Assembly (NCBI RefSeq): GCF_009914755.1 | Contig: NC_060931.1 | DNA length: 64,000 bases | From: the human T2T-CHM13v2.0 reference genome, Homo sapiens | Reading direction: 5' to 3' (one strand) | Shown: positions 25,811-39,742 of the stretch, in pieces | Position numbering within the stretch: the first letter of the stretch is position 1 | How the letters are laid out: each line of letters starts with the position of its first letter | Notes under the pieces: model-generated | Database searches by the model: none | Told to the model about the DNA's origin: nothing | The model's input: only the letters and a program-made list of their open reading frames with translations | Translations under genes and position numbers: made by a program

Positions 25811-27323
25811 TAAAGTGCTGGGACAGGATGAGCACAACAGAAATGTGTTGTTTCTCATTATTGTCTTGTGATCCATCCCCTGATCTGGGGCCCTGGCAGC
25901 TCCCACATGTCTCATTCACTGTCAAAAATAATAAGCATTTGTGAACCCATGTCTTATTGATTTTTCAAGTCCTAAATATGAAAAACTTTCCCTAATACTA
26001 TGCTAATATTTTTTTTCAATTTCAAATAATCTGTTCAAAGCATAATTACAGTGATTAGATTTCTGGAAGAATATAGACTTTAGATATTCTTTCCCATAAG
26101 TAAACCAAATCAGACCACATGTTTCTAATTCCTCAGATACATAAACATTGTATGTTGTTATTTTGGCATGCGGGGCAAAGAAATTGTTCAGACAATGAGC
26201 ACAGGAGGGCTAACTCATGTGGTTGTCAGTGTAGTGACATGCACTTCTGAAAGGCTTCTGAGCAAAACCTATCCTGGGATGACTACATTTCCACTGTGAG
26301 CCCCAGCCTATCAGATGAAATCCATTTATGGATGTCACACTTCTGCCCTCCACTCCCTACCAGTTCACCCAACTGGCATTTCAGATCAATCTATGAATTA
26401 CCAATTTATATGCCTAATGTCCTAGAGTGCATTGCTCATTGACACGTTGGCTATGCGAAAGTCCCTAAAAGTCAAGACAGGTTTAAAGTCCAGACAGATT
26501 TGATGGTTGTCTTGGATAGCTGAGTCTTTCTGAAGCCACGGGGCTATAAACACACAGAACAAATATTATGGTCTGGTCCTATCAGATTTCTCGGTTGTGA
26601 TGAGCACATAATCTATACTTACAGGAAAATTTGACGTTTTCATTATTTTTATTTTCAAAATTGTGTCTTTGGTATAACTGACTCAGGGCAAAAAAAAAAC
26701 AAAACAAATATTAACACATTAATTAAAATGCATAAAACGCAGGCTGGAAGCAGTAATTAAAACAGCTGAATTCCGCCTCAGGGGAATCTAACCTACACTT
26801 TCATGGGAAGTAGTTCAGAAATCCTGAAGAGTTAAAGTTCATTCTGGCCCTCATATAGTAAGTGTTAGTTCTCCATTGGATCTCAGCTTCTATACTATTC
26901 TCAGCAATTTACAAAATGTACCAAATAAATACTAGCTTTTTGAACTGAGTACTTTACGGTACAATCAGACTCCACATTACCCTCAATTTAAGGTGGGCAA
27001 GTGACCAAAGACAGTATAAACTTACCTATTGCTGCTTTCCTTCTTCTCCTAAAGCTTCTTTTACTCTCTGGGGTGATTTTAAACTAAGGGTCATATGTAC
27101 AGATGTAGACGTGGGAAAGAAAGGGAGCAGGGACCAATAATAAACATTGAATTTTTGAAGAAAATAGATAGTATTTTAGAGGATTGTACTTGGGGATGAG
27201 GGTGGGGGGAGAGCAAATACAGGCAAGCCCTGCCAGTTCTCAGTGCCCACACCTGGTTTTCTGTGGCATGACTGTTCAAAGATAGCTTTTAACTTATGGT
27301 GTATTTCAAATATACTGCATGTA

Positions 27324-27325
<2 letters not shown>

Positions 27326-27363
<38 letters not shown>
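27326..27363. repeat. (CA)n microsatellite
   Basis: Read directly. Confidence 0.97.
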
Positions 27364-27364
<1 letters not shown>

Positions 27365-27714
27365 AAACCTTGTGCCCAGCTAAAAAATTAAAATTTGAAA
27401 ATTCACTGAAGTCCCCATATCTCTCCCTGATCTCATCCTCCCCCATCACACACAGTAGAGAGCATTATCTGTGACTAGGTGTTCAGATATATCCGCACAT
27501 GTATCTCTATATTGTTTTGTTTGTTTTGTATGTTTGCATATTTATTTAAACGACTATGTAAAATTCCATTAGCCATTTTTTAATTCTAGGCTAGCTTCTG
27601 TTATTTACTTGTCATTTTGCAGGATAATCATTTCTGCCACCAAATGGCTAGTCATTATGACAATAAAATGATGTAATTTAGAGGTTAAAAAAAAAAGTAT
27701 ACATCAACAATTAA

Positions 27715-27830
27715 TTCAAAGCTCCATGAGGGCTGAAATGGGCCTCTTAGCCAGGGTTCTATTCTGTTTTCAGCACCTAGTGCAATTACCTGGCATAAAC
27801 TTGGTGCTCAGTGAATATCAGGTGAGCAGA
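27715..27830 (+). mobile_element. L2 3' end
   Basis: aagctccatgagggc...cagcacctagtgcaattacctggcata...ggtgctcagtgaatat. Confidence 0.7.
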
Positions 27831-30064
27831 TCAGCAGATGAAGACAGGAAGAAAAGACCTCTTGTCCCATGATCGCGCTTGGTTTCTCCTCACTGCTGTT
27901 TCCTCTGGTGGTGTAGCTTAAGTGCTGAAATCAGTCTTTCATTCCCACAACATATTAACATTGGAGCAATTTCAGTTGAAGAAATCTGCAGTGCATTTTG
28001 AGGTTGTAACCAGAGAAACAATGCAACTATTACAATTCTCTAAACTCTAGTAAAATGTATTCAGGCAGGACCTCAATCAATAACCCTGGAGTTGAAGAGA
28101 AAAGGAGGAATTGTTGAGCAAGGAGCTAAATTATCTTGTTTGAGTGATTTGATTTCCTCTAAATACAAGGTCACATGTGGCCAATTTAATTCTCCCTACT
28201 CATAAAGAAGTCCAGATCAAAACAACTAAATTGAACCCAAATTTCACAGTTCTTTTCCCTCAAGGCCCAACTCAGAAGCTCACAGACATCAATGACTGAT
28301 GATTTTTATGACAAGCTCCAGTCTTGGCATAATGGGGTCCCTCAGTTCGTTTGAAGACCTTTTCATTTGTGATATAACAGCACTGTTGTTGGCAGCATTC
28401 GATGACATCATAGTCATAAAACTCAGCAACAGCAGGAAGATTGTCTTGGTGTCGAAGTGGGAATTCTGCCGTGGCCAACACCACGCCATCCTGTGTTCTT
28501 TGTTCAAGCTCAATGTTCAGGCTGGGTTGGCCTTATCCAGTTATGGGCAGTAACTAACGTGCAGGCCTGCTAATTTTTGATTGCTATGTCCAGCTAAGAA
28601 ACACAGCTTGTCCCTGACCTTTGACCCCCAGCATTCTCCTGTTCTCAAGCCTTTAGGATTAGTAACTCAAGTAGCCATGTCTATGAGGGCCTTCGATGGG
28701 TGTCTAAGAAATGCAAACATGAAATTTCACCACCAGAAATTTGGCTCTTTAGATATCAAGGGCATTTCTGGCTTTGTTGGACTTAAAAAATCAAAATTCT
28801 CCAGGAAAAGGCCTGTCAGCTCTCTGTGGGGGAGAAGGAACTTGTGATGGTACAACATGGCCCAATTTCTTCTCTAGTAGCTGGCTCTATCCCTACCCCA
28901 CTGGCCCCAGCCCAACCATGGGCCAAGTATGCAAGGCCCACACCTCTGAGGTCCTGGGCACTCTTAGGCCAAGAGCCAGCAGGGGATGCACAGGCAGCTC
29001 CACTGAGAGTCTAGCAGAGCCCTGCACAAACCTCAGCAATACTCCATCTGTCCTTGATGAGGACTAGAAAATGGTTCACTCACCCTCCATTTGCCTCAAG
29101 TGTTATTAAAAATAATCAAGAGTGGAAATAAATGTAACATAACTGGGCCACTGTAGAGACAGAATGTTGCTGTAAAAATCTGCAGAACAGAACTAAAATA
29201 CCAGTCTCTCTAGGTAAAACACAGACATGAAAATGGCTTTAACAGGAGGTAAATAATATGAAGTCACATCCTCAGAAAGTGACCGAATCTGCCTACCAGT
29301 TACTCTATAGGAAGGAGGAGCTTTGCAGATAGACACTTCACTTTGTGCCTCCTGTTGCCATAAGACAAACCCAGGCATTTTCTATGAGTTAATGCCACTG
29401 TCTCTTCAGCACCCTGTCTCTTCAGCATCTTGGAAAGTAAAAACAAACCACATCTGAACAGGATCTAGGAACTGTTTCTCTCAGAGAAGCTAAAAGTGTT
29501 TCTTGAAGGCCATTGAATTGCGTGCCATTGCTATTCCCGAGCTGCCTTTTCCTAAGTTGAGCAGAACAACAGAGGAATCTAATGTTCCTGTCCTTGGGGA
29601 AGTATTTCCTCCTTATTAAACAGTTCGTGTTCCTGAGTGCTGTCTTCAAAACCTGCTGTTCATTCTCCACTGAATTCAGGCCAGTCATTCTTCGTTTCCT
29701 CAATTAAAGTGGGCCGAGAACTTCCCTTTCCTCACAGAAGGACTGTGACTTTTAATTGCTCTTCCAAGGGTCCCTGAAGTCCCCTTAGAGCCACCCCCAC
29801 AGCCTGTCTCTCCAGCTCCCACAAGCCTGCTCTGCCATGTTGCATGGACCAAGGCTAATTCTGGCAGACTGAGGGGCCCTGCAGATTCCTCCCATAATAT
29901 CCCAGGGTGAATTGATCTCCACAGCCCTTCTTGAAAAGTCTTAATGACAGCTTCTCTGAACTAGTTCAACAGGAATAAATCCTCCCACTCCTTCTGACTA
30001 GCATTTAATTACTATATGTGCCTCTCCTTGGAGCCCCTGAGAGAAAGACATTGTCAGGCTTGTT

Positions 30065-30450
30065 CAGCAAGTGTTTCTCAGAGTAGGTTGGTTCTGCAGA
30101 GCATGCATTCTGCAGAATATTAACAGGTGTCACCTGCCACACACACAAACTGCAGGCACTTATGCACACACCATGCACCTATGCACACTGCATGCCATAC
30201 ATACATACACTCCTCCCTGCACACACATATACACTACATGCCACATACACCATGGTCAAATAAGTAGAGAAATGCAAACTTAATGTAAAACCAATATTTT
30301 GCATCTGCTTTCAGAGCCTTTAATATACTGATGTGTATTGTAAATCTTCAAAAGCAGGATTTGAAGCAGTGTTTCCCAACCTATTCAAACACAGGGCTGC
30401 TTCTTTGTGGAAAGCATCTACAATGAAACACAGTCTGCAAAAAACTCTGT
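30065..30450. mobile_element. MER103C-like hAT element with internal CA-rich tract
   Basis: cagagcctttaatatactgatgtgtattgtaaatcttcaa...gcagtgtttcccaacctatt. Confidence 0.6.
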
Positions 30451-30536
30451 CACAACATTTTTTTTTTAAAGATCACTTATTCATCTAAAACTGAAGTGAT
30501 AATGCCAAGCATTTTAAATAATATTAAAAACATAAA
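30384..30536. repeat. Inverted repeat arm A1 (partner 31766-31920)
   Basis: Reverse-complement match, about 7 substitutions plus a few indels over ~155 bp by hand alignment. Confidence 0.95.
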
Positions 30537-30564
30537 CATTTTCAAAAGCATTCAGAGATTAGGC

Positions 30565-30748
30565 CAGGGGGTGGCAAACTGTGGCCCACCAGCCAAACCT
30601 GGCCTATTGCCTTTTTTTTTGTAAAACCCTCAAGCTGAGAATGTTTTTATGTTTTTAAAGAGTTGTGAAAACAAAACAAACAAAAAATCAAATATGCCAT
30701 GGAGACCATATGTAGCCCACAAAAAGCCCTCTATAGAAAAATTTTGCA
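30565..30748 (+). mobile_element. MER58C-like hAT element
   Basis: cagggggtggcaaactgtggcccac...gagaccatatgtagcccacaaa. Confidence 0.75.
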
Positions 30749-30932
30749 TAGCTATTAGCCACATGTGTTATTTAAACTTAAATTAATCGAAAATTAAGAA
30801 AAATTAAAAATTCAGTTACTAGGTCACAGTGGCCATATTTCAACTGATCAGCAGCTACATGTGGCTAATAACTATCATACTGGAAAATGCAGACGTTCTC
30901 AACACTGCAGAAAGTTCTGCTACATTATGCTG
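30749..30932 (-). mobile_element. MER3 (hAT-Charlie)
   Basis: tagccacatgtg...aaaaattcagtt...gctacatgtggcta...actgcagaaagttct. Confidence 0.8.
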
Positions 30933-31639
30933 GTCTAAATAAAACTTTCTGTTGAGGTTTAGGGTAACACTGTCTGTGGTTCTCTCCCGTTGTTGCTGTG
31001 TTGAAGGCATTTTATTTAAGCAGCATGGATATTAGTCTTGCAATAGAGTCCTGACAGATTTCTGATGAATTTCCATCTGAGTATGTTTACCATCTGAAGC
31101 CCTCACTTGTACCTTGGTCTTCTGCAGCTCCCAGAAACTGTATCTTGACTGACCCCACCATACCACCAGACCCAGACAGCTCCTGAGACTAGCTAGTAGT
31201 TTACAGGAAGATTCCCAGTCTTGAGTTATTTTGGCTTGCCTTCTCTCCTCTTCAAGTTTCTGCCAGCCTCTCTACATCTCTCAGTTTCTTGAGTTTCTCT
31301 GCCTTCTGCCTTTCCCGCTAAAATGCAATTCCCTTCACTTTGTTTTTCAGAATTTTGTTCTTCACCTTTTTTGTGACTTTTGGCTTGTATTTACATATTT
31401 AAAAACTCATAAATATATTCTGCTAAACAAAGTATCATCTACTTAATTATCCTTTAGCAATATGGAAGAATTGGCAAAACCCCTGAAGCAGAAAAGCATC
31501 TTTCTGCATTTTCCCACCCATAACTATAAATGGAAAAGAATAGTATCAAAATTTAGCATTTATAAACATATACATATTTAGTATTATATACATTAGAAGG
31601 TCAAGTGCAGAGTTTTTGTGTAAATGGCATTCACCCCCC

Positions 31640-31738
31640 TTGCCTCATGTCAAGAGTGAAATCTGTTGTTTGGTATATTTAATGTTTCCAATATTTCCTC
31701 TTTCTTTAAAAAAAAATTGTTTCAGATAGGAAAATAAA
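31640..31738. repeat. Inverted copy of 33217-33313 (L1 5' UTR start)
   Basis: Reverse-complement match, 3 substitutions and 2 single-base indels by hand alignment. Confidence 0.95.
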
Positions 31739-31765
31739 CCTTGCCGGTGGGGAGGGGGAATGCCA

Positions 31766-31920
31766 TTTATGTTTTTAATGTTATTGAAAATGATTGGATT
31801 ATCACTTCAGTTTTAGATGAGTAAGTGGTCTTTTTTTAAAAAAAATGTTGTGATAAGAGTTTTTTGCAGACTGTGTTTCATTGTAGATGCTTTCCACAAA
31901 GAAACAGCCCTGTGTTTGAA
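31766..31920. repeat. Inverted repeat arm A2 (partner 30384-30536)
   Basis: For example, gcagactgtgtttcattgtagatgctttccacaaag is the reverse complement of ctttgtggaaagcatctacaatgaaacacagtctgc. Confidence 0.95.
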
Positions 31921-32230
31921 GGAGAATGTGTGTTGTCAACAAGAGTGAGAAGAGCATTAGAAGAATGAAGGGGTCAACACCATCAAATGTTGCAGAGACC
32001 AAAGAGGATGAAGACTATGCCAGACCTTTTCAATGGGTTACTGAGAATTTCTTTAATAAGCTATTTTAGTACAGTGTTGAGAAATGGGTAAGGGTGGGTA
32101 GAAACTACAATTTTAAGAAATTTGAGGATGAAAAGAAAATAAAAGGACAAAATATTCAAGTACATTTTATTGTTTTAAGACAGAAAAAACAGGAATATAT
32201 AGACTCCAATGGATAAACCAGTTATGAAAT
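31921..32230 (-). mobile_element. L2 fragment
   Basis: ggtcaacaccatcaaatgttgcagagaccaaagaggatgaagact resembles antisense L2. Confidence 0.6.
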
Positions 32231-32399
32231 GAATAAAAAACTGTCCTATGAGAAATTAAACATAAGTTTGCACAATGGGGCAAGTATAGGGTCAGAACTT
32301 ATAGCACCTGTGTGGTGTGGTTAACACTAGCCAGGTCATTAAAACAAAATTTCATCTAAGAATCAAGAATCAAAGGATTCTGCAGAAGGAGATATAAAA

Positions 32400-33180
<781 letters not shown>

Positions 33181-33844
33181 ACTCCTGTTTTCTAAGATGG
33201 AATAACAGGAACTAGATTTACTTTCCCATCTGAAACAATTTTTTTTTAAGAAAGAGGAAATATAGGAAACATTAAATATACCAAACAACAGATTTCACTC
33301 TTGACATGGGCAATGAAGAACAGTAATTTCTGAAATTAAGAAAACAAATGAAATGAGCTCTACCTTTGTCCTAACTGTCTTGAGAGTTTCCAGGTAATGG
33401 CACAAAGAAGGGAATGGCACAAATTCCTAGGCAAAACCCAGTGGAATCCCTTAGGTGAGGAGACAAAGGCAGCTAAAATATACAAGGCAGAGTGCTGGGA
33501 AAAGAGAGAAGCACACAGAGAAAATTATAGGGATATGCAAAGTGAACCCCCCTCCAGTATTCAGCTGAGTGTGAACTAATTCATGGATGTGAGGAAAATA
33601 CCCAAGACTAGGAAAAGAACCACCTGAAAGGAATAGAAGTAATAGTACTCTGACCAGGATTAATGCCTATTCTAACCAGTGTGAATTGCTAACTTCAAGA
33701 ATCATGGTACATTGGGTAGAATGCCTGAAGAATCTTGTGTCACTAGTAGAAAAATATTAGCCCTGGTCAAAAACTATCTAACAAATCTTTAAAACAATAC
33801 CCAAAAGAATCAAGGTTTTCCAGTAAGTTACATGTTTCCCAGAC

Positions 33845-33847
<3 letters not shown>

Positions 33848-33901
<54 letters not shown>
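33848..33901. repeat. (CA)n microsatellite
   Basis: Read directly. Confidence 0.97.
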
Positions 33902-33902
<1 letters not shown>

Positions 33903-34313
33903 AGCAAACAAAAATTGAAAGAAAATCCTCAAGAACATTGATAGGAATACAAAGATAACCTGCATCCAACATGATAAAATGCACAATGTCTAGAATCCAA
34001 TAAAAAATTACCAGACATGCAAATTAATGGGAAAACATAATATCTGATGAGAAAATAAATGAAACCAACTGACATAGATATTAGAATTTAAGTGCACAAA
34101 CTGACACAGATATCAGAATTAGAATACAAGGACATTAAAGTAACTATAATTCATATGCTCAAAAAGTTAAATGGAGAGATGGAAAATACAAAAAAAACCC
34201 CACAAACCTACTTCTAGAGATGAAAACAGGAAGGAAAACATATGAACGAGATTAATAGCAACTAGACATTGCAGTTAAAAACAAAAAAAAAGAAAAGAAA
34301 GAAAAGAAATGGT

Positions 34314-34725
<412 letters not shown>

Positions 34726-37504
34726 TCAAAAAACTTCAAGCATGTAATTAGAGTCCGGGTGGAAGAAAAAGGAAATGTGGGCCAAAAAAATGTATTTGGC
34801 CAAAATTTTTCAAAAATGACAAAAACTATAAACCCACGGATCCTAGAAGCGTAACAAACCCCAAGATCAAGAAAAATGAAGAAAACCACACCAAGGTACA
34901 TCATATTTAAATTGGCCAAAGCACTGATAAGGAGAAAAATCTTTGAAGCAGCAAGAGAAAAAAAAATGACATATTATATACAAAGAACAAATAAAGATTA
35001 CAGTTAATTTTTTCAGAACTCAAACAAGTAAACATTGAATAAACATCTTTAAAGTACTGAACAACAACAACAAAAGCTGTCAGCTGTGAATCCTATATTA
35101 GCCTTTCAAAGATGAAGGCTAAATAAATATTAAAATAATTAATCGCCAGCAGACTGACACTATAAAAACTGTTAAGTCAATTTTTTCTAGCAGTAGAAAA
35201 ATATATGGATGAGATTAATGGCAACTAGACATTGCAGAAAAAACAAAGATTAGTAAACCTGAAAGCATAACAATAAAAGCTATTCAAACTTAAATACAGA
35301 GAAAATTTAAATACAGAGAAAAGGAGAGTCGAAAAAATGAGCAGATAGAAATCTGGATCTAAGCAAATGGGAGAAATGGAAACAAAATGCATAAGTATAT
35401 AAGATATTTTCTTATTTTAATATCTTTAAAAGATGACTGACGTTAAAAAAAAACAAAAATATTAGCAATGTGGTGAGGTGTTTATAGCATACAGAAAAAG
35501 TAAAACATTTTATAACAATAGCACAAAGTTTGGGAAGGGTGAAATGAAAGGATACTACTGTCAGGTTCTTACACTATATATGAAGGCATATAATATTTGG
35601 AGGTGGCCTTTGATACACTAACAATGTGTATTATAACCTCTAAAGCAAACATTAAAATAACAAAGCAAAGAGTTATAGCTAATAAGCTAACAAAGGAGAT
35701 AAAATAGAATCATAGAAAATATCCACTCTATGCACAACAAGATACAAATGAGGAAAATGTAACAAAGAAGCCATGGGACAAATAGAAAACAAATAGCAAG
35801 ATGATAGACTTAAACGTAACCTTATCAATAATCACATTAAATATAAATGGTTTAAACACCCCAAAGCAAGACCCAACTATATGTTACACACATTAATAGA
35901 AAGACATAATTAAGTTAGAAAAAGATATTATATGCTAACACTAATCAAAAGGTGATAAATTTTCTATGTTAATTTCAAAGTAAATTTCAGAGAAAATAAT
36001 ATTGGCAAAGATAAAGAAAAAGATAAATATAAAGATAAAGAAAAATGAGGAAATCCTGCAGGAAGTCAAACAATGCTGTGTTTACTTACCTAATAACAGA
36101 ACTTCAAAGCACATGAAGCAAAACTTGATAGAACTTCAAGGGAGAAAAATATTCACATATAGTTGGAGATTTCAGTGATTTTCTCTCAGTAAAAATAGAA
36201 CAAGTAGGCAAAAATTCAGTAAGAATATAGAGGATTTGCAGAATGATAGACTACTCTACACATCAACAGAATATACAGTCTTTCCAAGAGCATACAGAAA
36301 GACTATGTTCTGGGCCATAATATAAGTTTCAATAAATACGAAAGGATTGAAGCTCATGCAAATTATGCCCTCTTACTACAGTGGAATTAAATCAGAAATC
36401 AATAACAGAAAGATCTCTTGAAAAAAATCTCTAAATACTTGGAAACTAAAAATGTCACTTCTAAATAACACATGGGTCAAAGATGAATCAAAGGAGAACT
36501 TAGCATTTCGAACTGGGTGAAAATGGAAGCACACCATGTTAGGTGTGCTTTGCGGGATGCTGCTAAAGCAATCAATAAAACAGAAAGCAAAACAAAACAG
36601 GGAAAATCAGTGAAACCAAAAGCTGGTTATTTGAGAGAATAAATAAAATTAACAAACCTTTAGCTAGACTGATGAGGATCAAAGAGAATACACAAATTAC
36701 CAATATCAGGTATAAGAACAGTGACATTTACAGATTTTACAGATATTAAAAGTATAACAAGCAAATATTATGAACAATTTTGTTCTAATAAATTTGCCAA
36801 CTTAGATGAAAGGGACAAATTCCTTGAAAAACACAAAACTACCAAAATTCATTGAAGAAGAAATAGATTACATGAATAGTGCTATATCTATTTTTAAATT
36901 GAATTTGTACTTTAAGTCTTGCCACAATTGAAACACCAGTACCAGATGGTTTTTTAGGTGGATTCTACCAAACTTTTAGGGAAGAAATAATCCCTTTTAT
37001 ACACAAACTCTCCCATAAAAGGAAGAAATATGAATACTTCCAAATGCATCCTGTGACGCCAGAATTACCTTGATATCAAAACCAAATAAGTATTTACAAG
37101 AAAAGGAAACTACTAGACCAATTTTCCTCATGAACATAGATGAATATTTTAAACGAAGTTTTAGCAAATCAAATTCAACAAATATAAAAAGTATAATACA
37201 TCCTAAGTGAGGTTCATTCTAGGAATGCGAGGTGACTGAACATTCAAAAAGCAATCTATGTATTAAAAAAAATCTTTTTAAATGTATGATCACCTCAATA
37301 GGCATAGAAAAGGCATTTCACAATATCAAACATTTATTCCTGATAGAAATGCAGCAATCAAAAAACGGAAGGAACTCTCTCAGTGTTAAGAAGACATCTC
37401 TGAAATCCCTATAATGGTGAAAGACTGAATGCTTTTCTTATAAATTGAGGAACAAAAGGATATCTACTCCCATCACTATAATCAACACTGCACTGGAGGT
37501 TCTA

Positions 37505-37721
37505 TTGGGGTGACCAATCTTTTGGCTTCCCTGGGCCACACTGAAGAATTGTCATGGGCCGCACGTAAAATACACTAACAATAGTGATAGCTGATGAGCT
37601 TAAAAAAAAATCACAAAAAAGTCTCATAGTGTTTTAAGAAAGTTTACCAATTTGTGTTGGGTCACATTCAAAGCCATCCCAGGCCACATTCAGCCTTCAG
37701 GTTGCAGGTTGGACAATCTTG
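37505..37721 (+). mobile_element. MER30 (hAT-Charlie) inside L1 ORF2
   Basis: ggggtgaccaatcttttggcttccctgggccacac...ggttggacaatcttg. Confidence 0.9.
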
Positions 37722-38118
37722 TAGACAGTTTGGACAAAAATTGCATCCAGAGTAGAAAGGAAGAAATTGAACCATTTTTATTTGTAGATGACATGTTATT
37801 TACATAGAAAATACTATGGAATCTACAAAAATCTATCAGATCTAATGAATCAATAAGCAAAGTTATAAGATCAATATAAAAATACTTTGTTTTTCTATAC
37901 ACTGGCAGAAAATAATTGAAAAACTCAAACTAAAACCCAACACATCTTATAATAGCATTAAAATAAGTATTGAGAGATATAGATGACAAAACTTGTGATA
38001 GATGCATAAAGACTACAAAATATGGCTGAGAAAATTTTACATGGATCCTATGTAAATGGAGATATTCATGGCTCAGAAGACTAAATATTAAGATATCAAT
38101 TCTCCTCAAATTGATCTA

Positions 38119-38396
38119 GGTTGGGCATGGTGGCTTATATCTGTAATCCCAGCACTTTGGAGGCCGAGGCAGGCCAATCCTTTGAGCCCAGAGGTTCGAG
38201 ACCAGCATGGTAAGACCCTGTCTCTACAAAAAATAATTTAAAAATTATCCGGGCATGGTAGTATGTGCCTGTAGCCCCAGTTACTCAGAAAGCTGAGGCA
38301 ATAAGATCCCTTGAGTCCAGGAATTCGAGGCTGCATTGAGCTGTGATCATGCCACTACACGCCAGCCTAGAGTGAGATCCTGACTCTTAAAAAAAT
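38119..38396 (+). mobile_element. AluJ (Jo/Jr)
   Basis: Diverged dimer with ttcgaggctgcattgagctgtgatc. TTGATCTA is repeated on both flanks. Confidence 0.9.
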
Positions 38397-39178
38397 ATTG
38401 TTTTTGATCTATTGATCTATAGATTCAAACCTCAAACCCAATCAAAATCCCACCAGGCTTTTTTTGGGGGGAAGTGTTGGGGTAGATGTTGACAAACTAA
38501 TTCTAAAATATGTATGGAAAAGAACAGGACCTAGAATATCCAAAACAACTTCAAAGAAGAAAAAGAAAGTTGGAGTAATAACACTACCTGATTTTAAGAC
38601 TTATAAACAAGTCAGTTTAGTGTATCAATGTCAAAAAATGGGTCAATTGAAGAGAATAAAGAGTTAATAAATAAACCCAAACAGAGATGGTCAACTGAAT
38701 TTTTATAAAGACACAAACAAAATTTAGATGCTGAAGCAATTGGATGTCTGAATGCCAAAAAAGGAGAACTTCAATTCACTCTTCATACCAAGTAAAAAAT
38801 TAAGTCGAAATTTCAAAATCATCATTTTGACCTTAAATGCAAAACCTACAATTATAAGACTTACAGCAGAAAATATAAAACCTTTGCAAATTTGAGTTAG
38901 ATAAAAATCCTTTCGGTAAGACACCAAAAACATGATTTATGAAAGAAAAAAATGGAACATTGTACATTATCAAAATTATGAAACTTTTGTTCTACAAAAG
39001 GCACTGTTAAGACAAGAAAAAGTCAAATCACGTACTGCAGGAAAACATCACAGATCTGATAGTGGACTTGTATCCAGAATATATAAGGAACTCTTAAAAC
39101 CCAACAATAATAATAAGAAAACAATCAATTTTTGTAATGTGCAAAAGAACAGATGCTCCACCGAATAAAATCTACATG

Positions 39179-39742
39179 CAGAAGCTATCCCTTATTCACA
39201 GAGGATATGTTCCAAGAACCCGAGTGGATGTCTGAAATCATAGATAGTACCAAACCTTATAAATAGATAGATAGATAATATACAATAGGATAGATATTTT
39301 TTCCTATGTATACATACCTACAATAAAGTTTAATTTATAAATTAGACACAGTAAGAGATTCACAGTAATAACTTATGGTGCAATTAGAACAATTATAAAA
39401 ATATGCCAGCATCACTACTCTTGTGCTTTGGAACCTTTATTAAGTAAAATGAGGGTTTCCAGAACACAAGCACTGCAGTACCAAGAAAGTTAATCTTATA
39501 GCCAGGGCAGCTAAGTGACTAACAAGTGGGTAGCATAGGCATTGTGGATATGCTGGACAAAGGGATGAGTCACATCCGGGATTGAATGGCACAAAATTTC
39601 ATCATGCTACTCAGAAGGGCTTGTAATTTAAAACTTATGAATTGTTTATTTACGGAATTTTCCATTTAATATTTTTGGATTGCAGTTGACCAAAGGTAGC
39701 TGAAACTGGAAAGTAAGACTACAAATGAGGTGGGAACTATTG
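39179..39742 (+). mobile_element. MER44B (TcMar-Tigger)
   Basis: cccttattcacagaggatatgttccaaga...atatgccagcatcactactcttg...gggaactattg followed by TA. Confidence 0.85.

Noticed and set aside
29398-29427. 14-bp direct repeat CTGTCTCTTCAGCA
   Set aside because: Ordinary slippage duplication.
31605-31620. GTGCAGAGTTTTTG as an extra templated snippet of about 30437-30453
   Set aside because: Too short and gapped to distinguish from chance.
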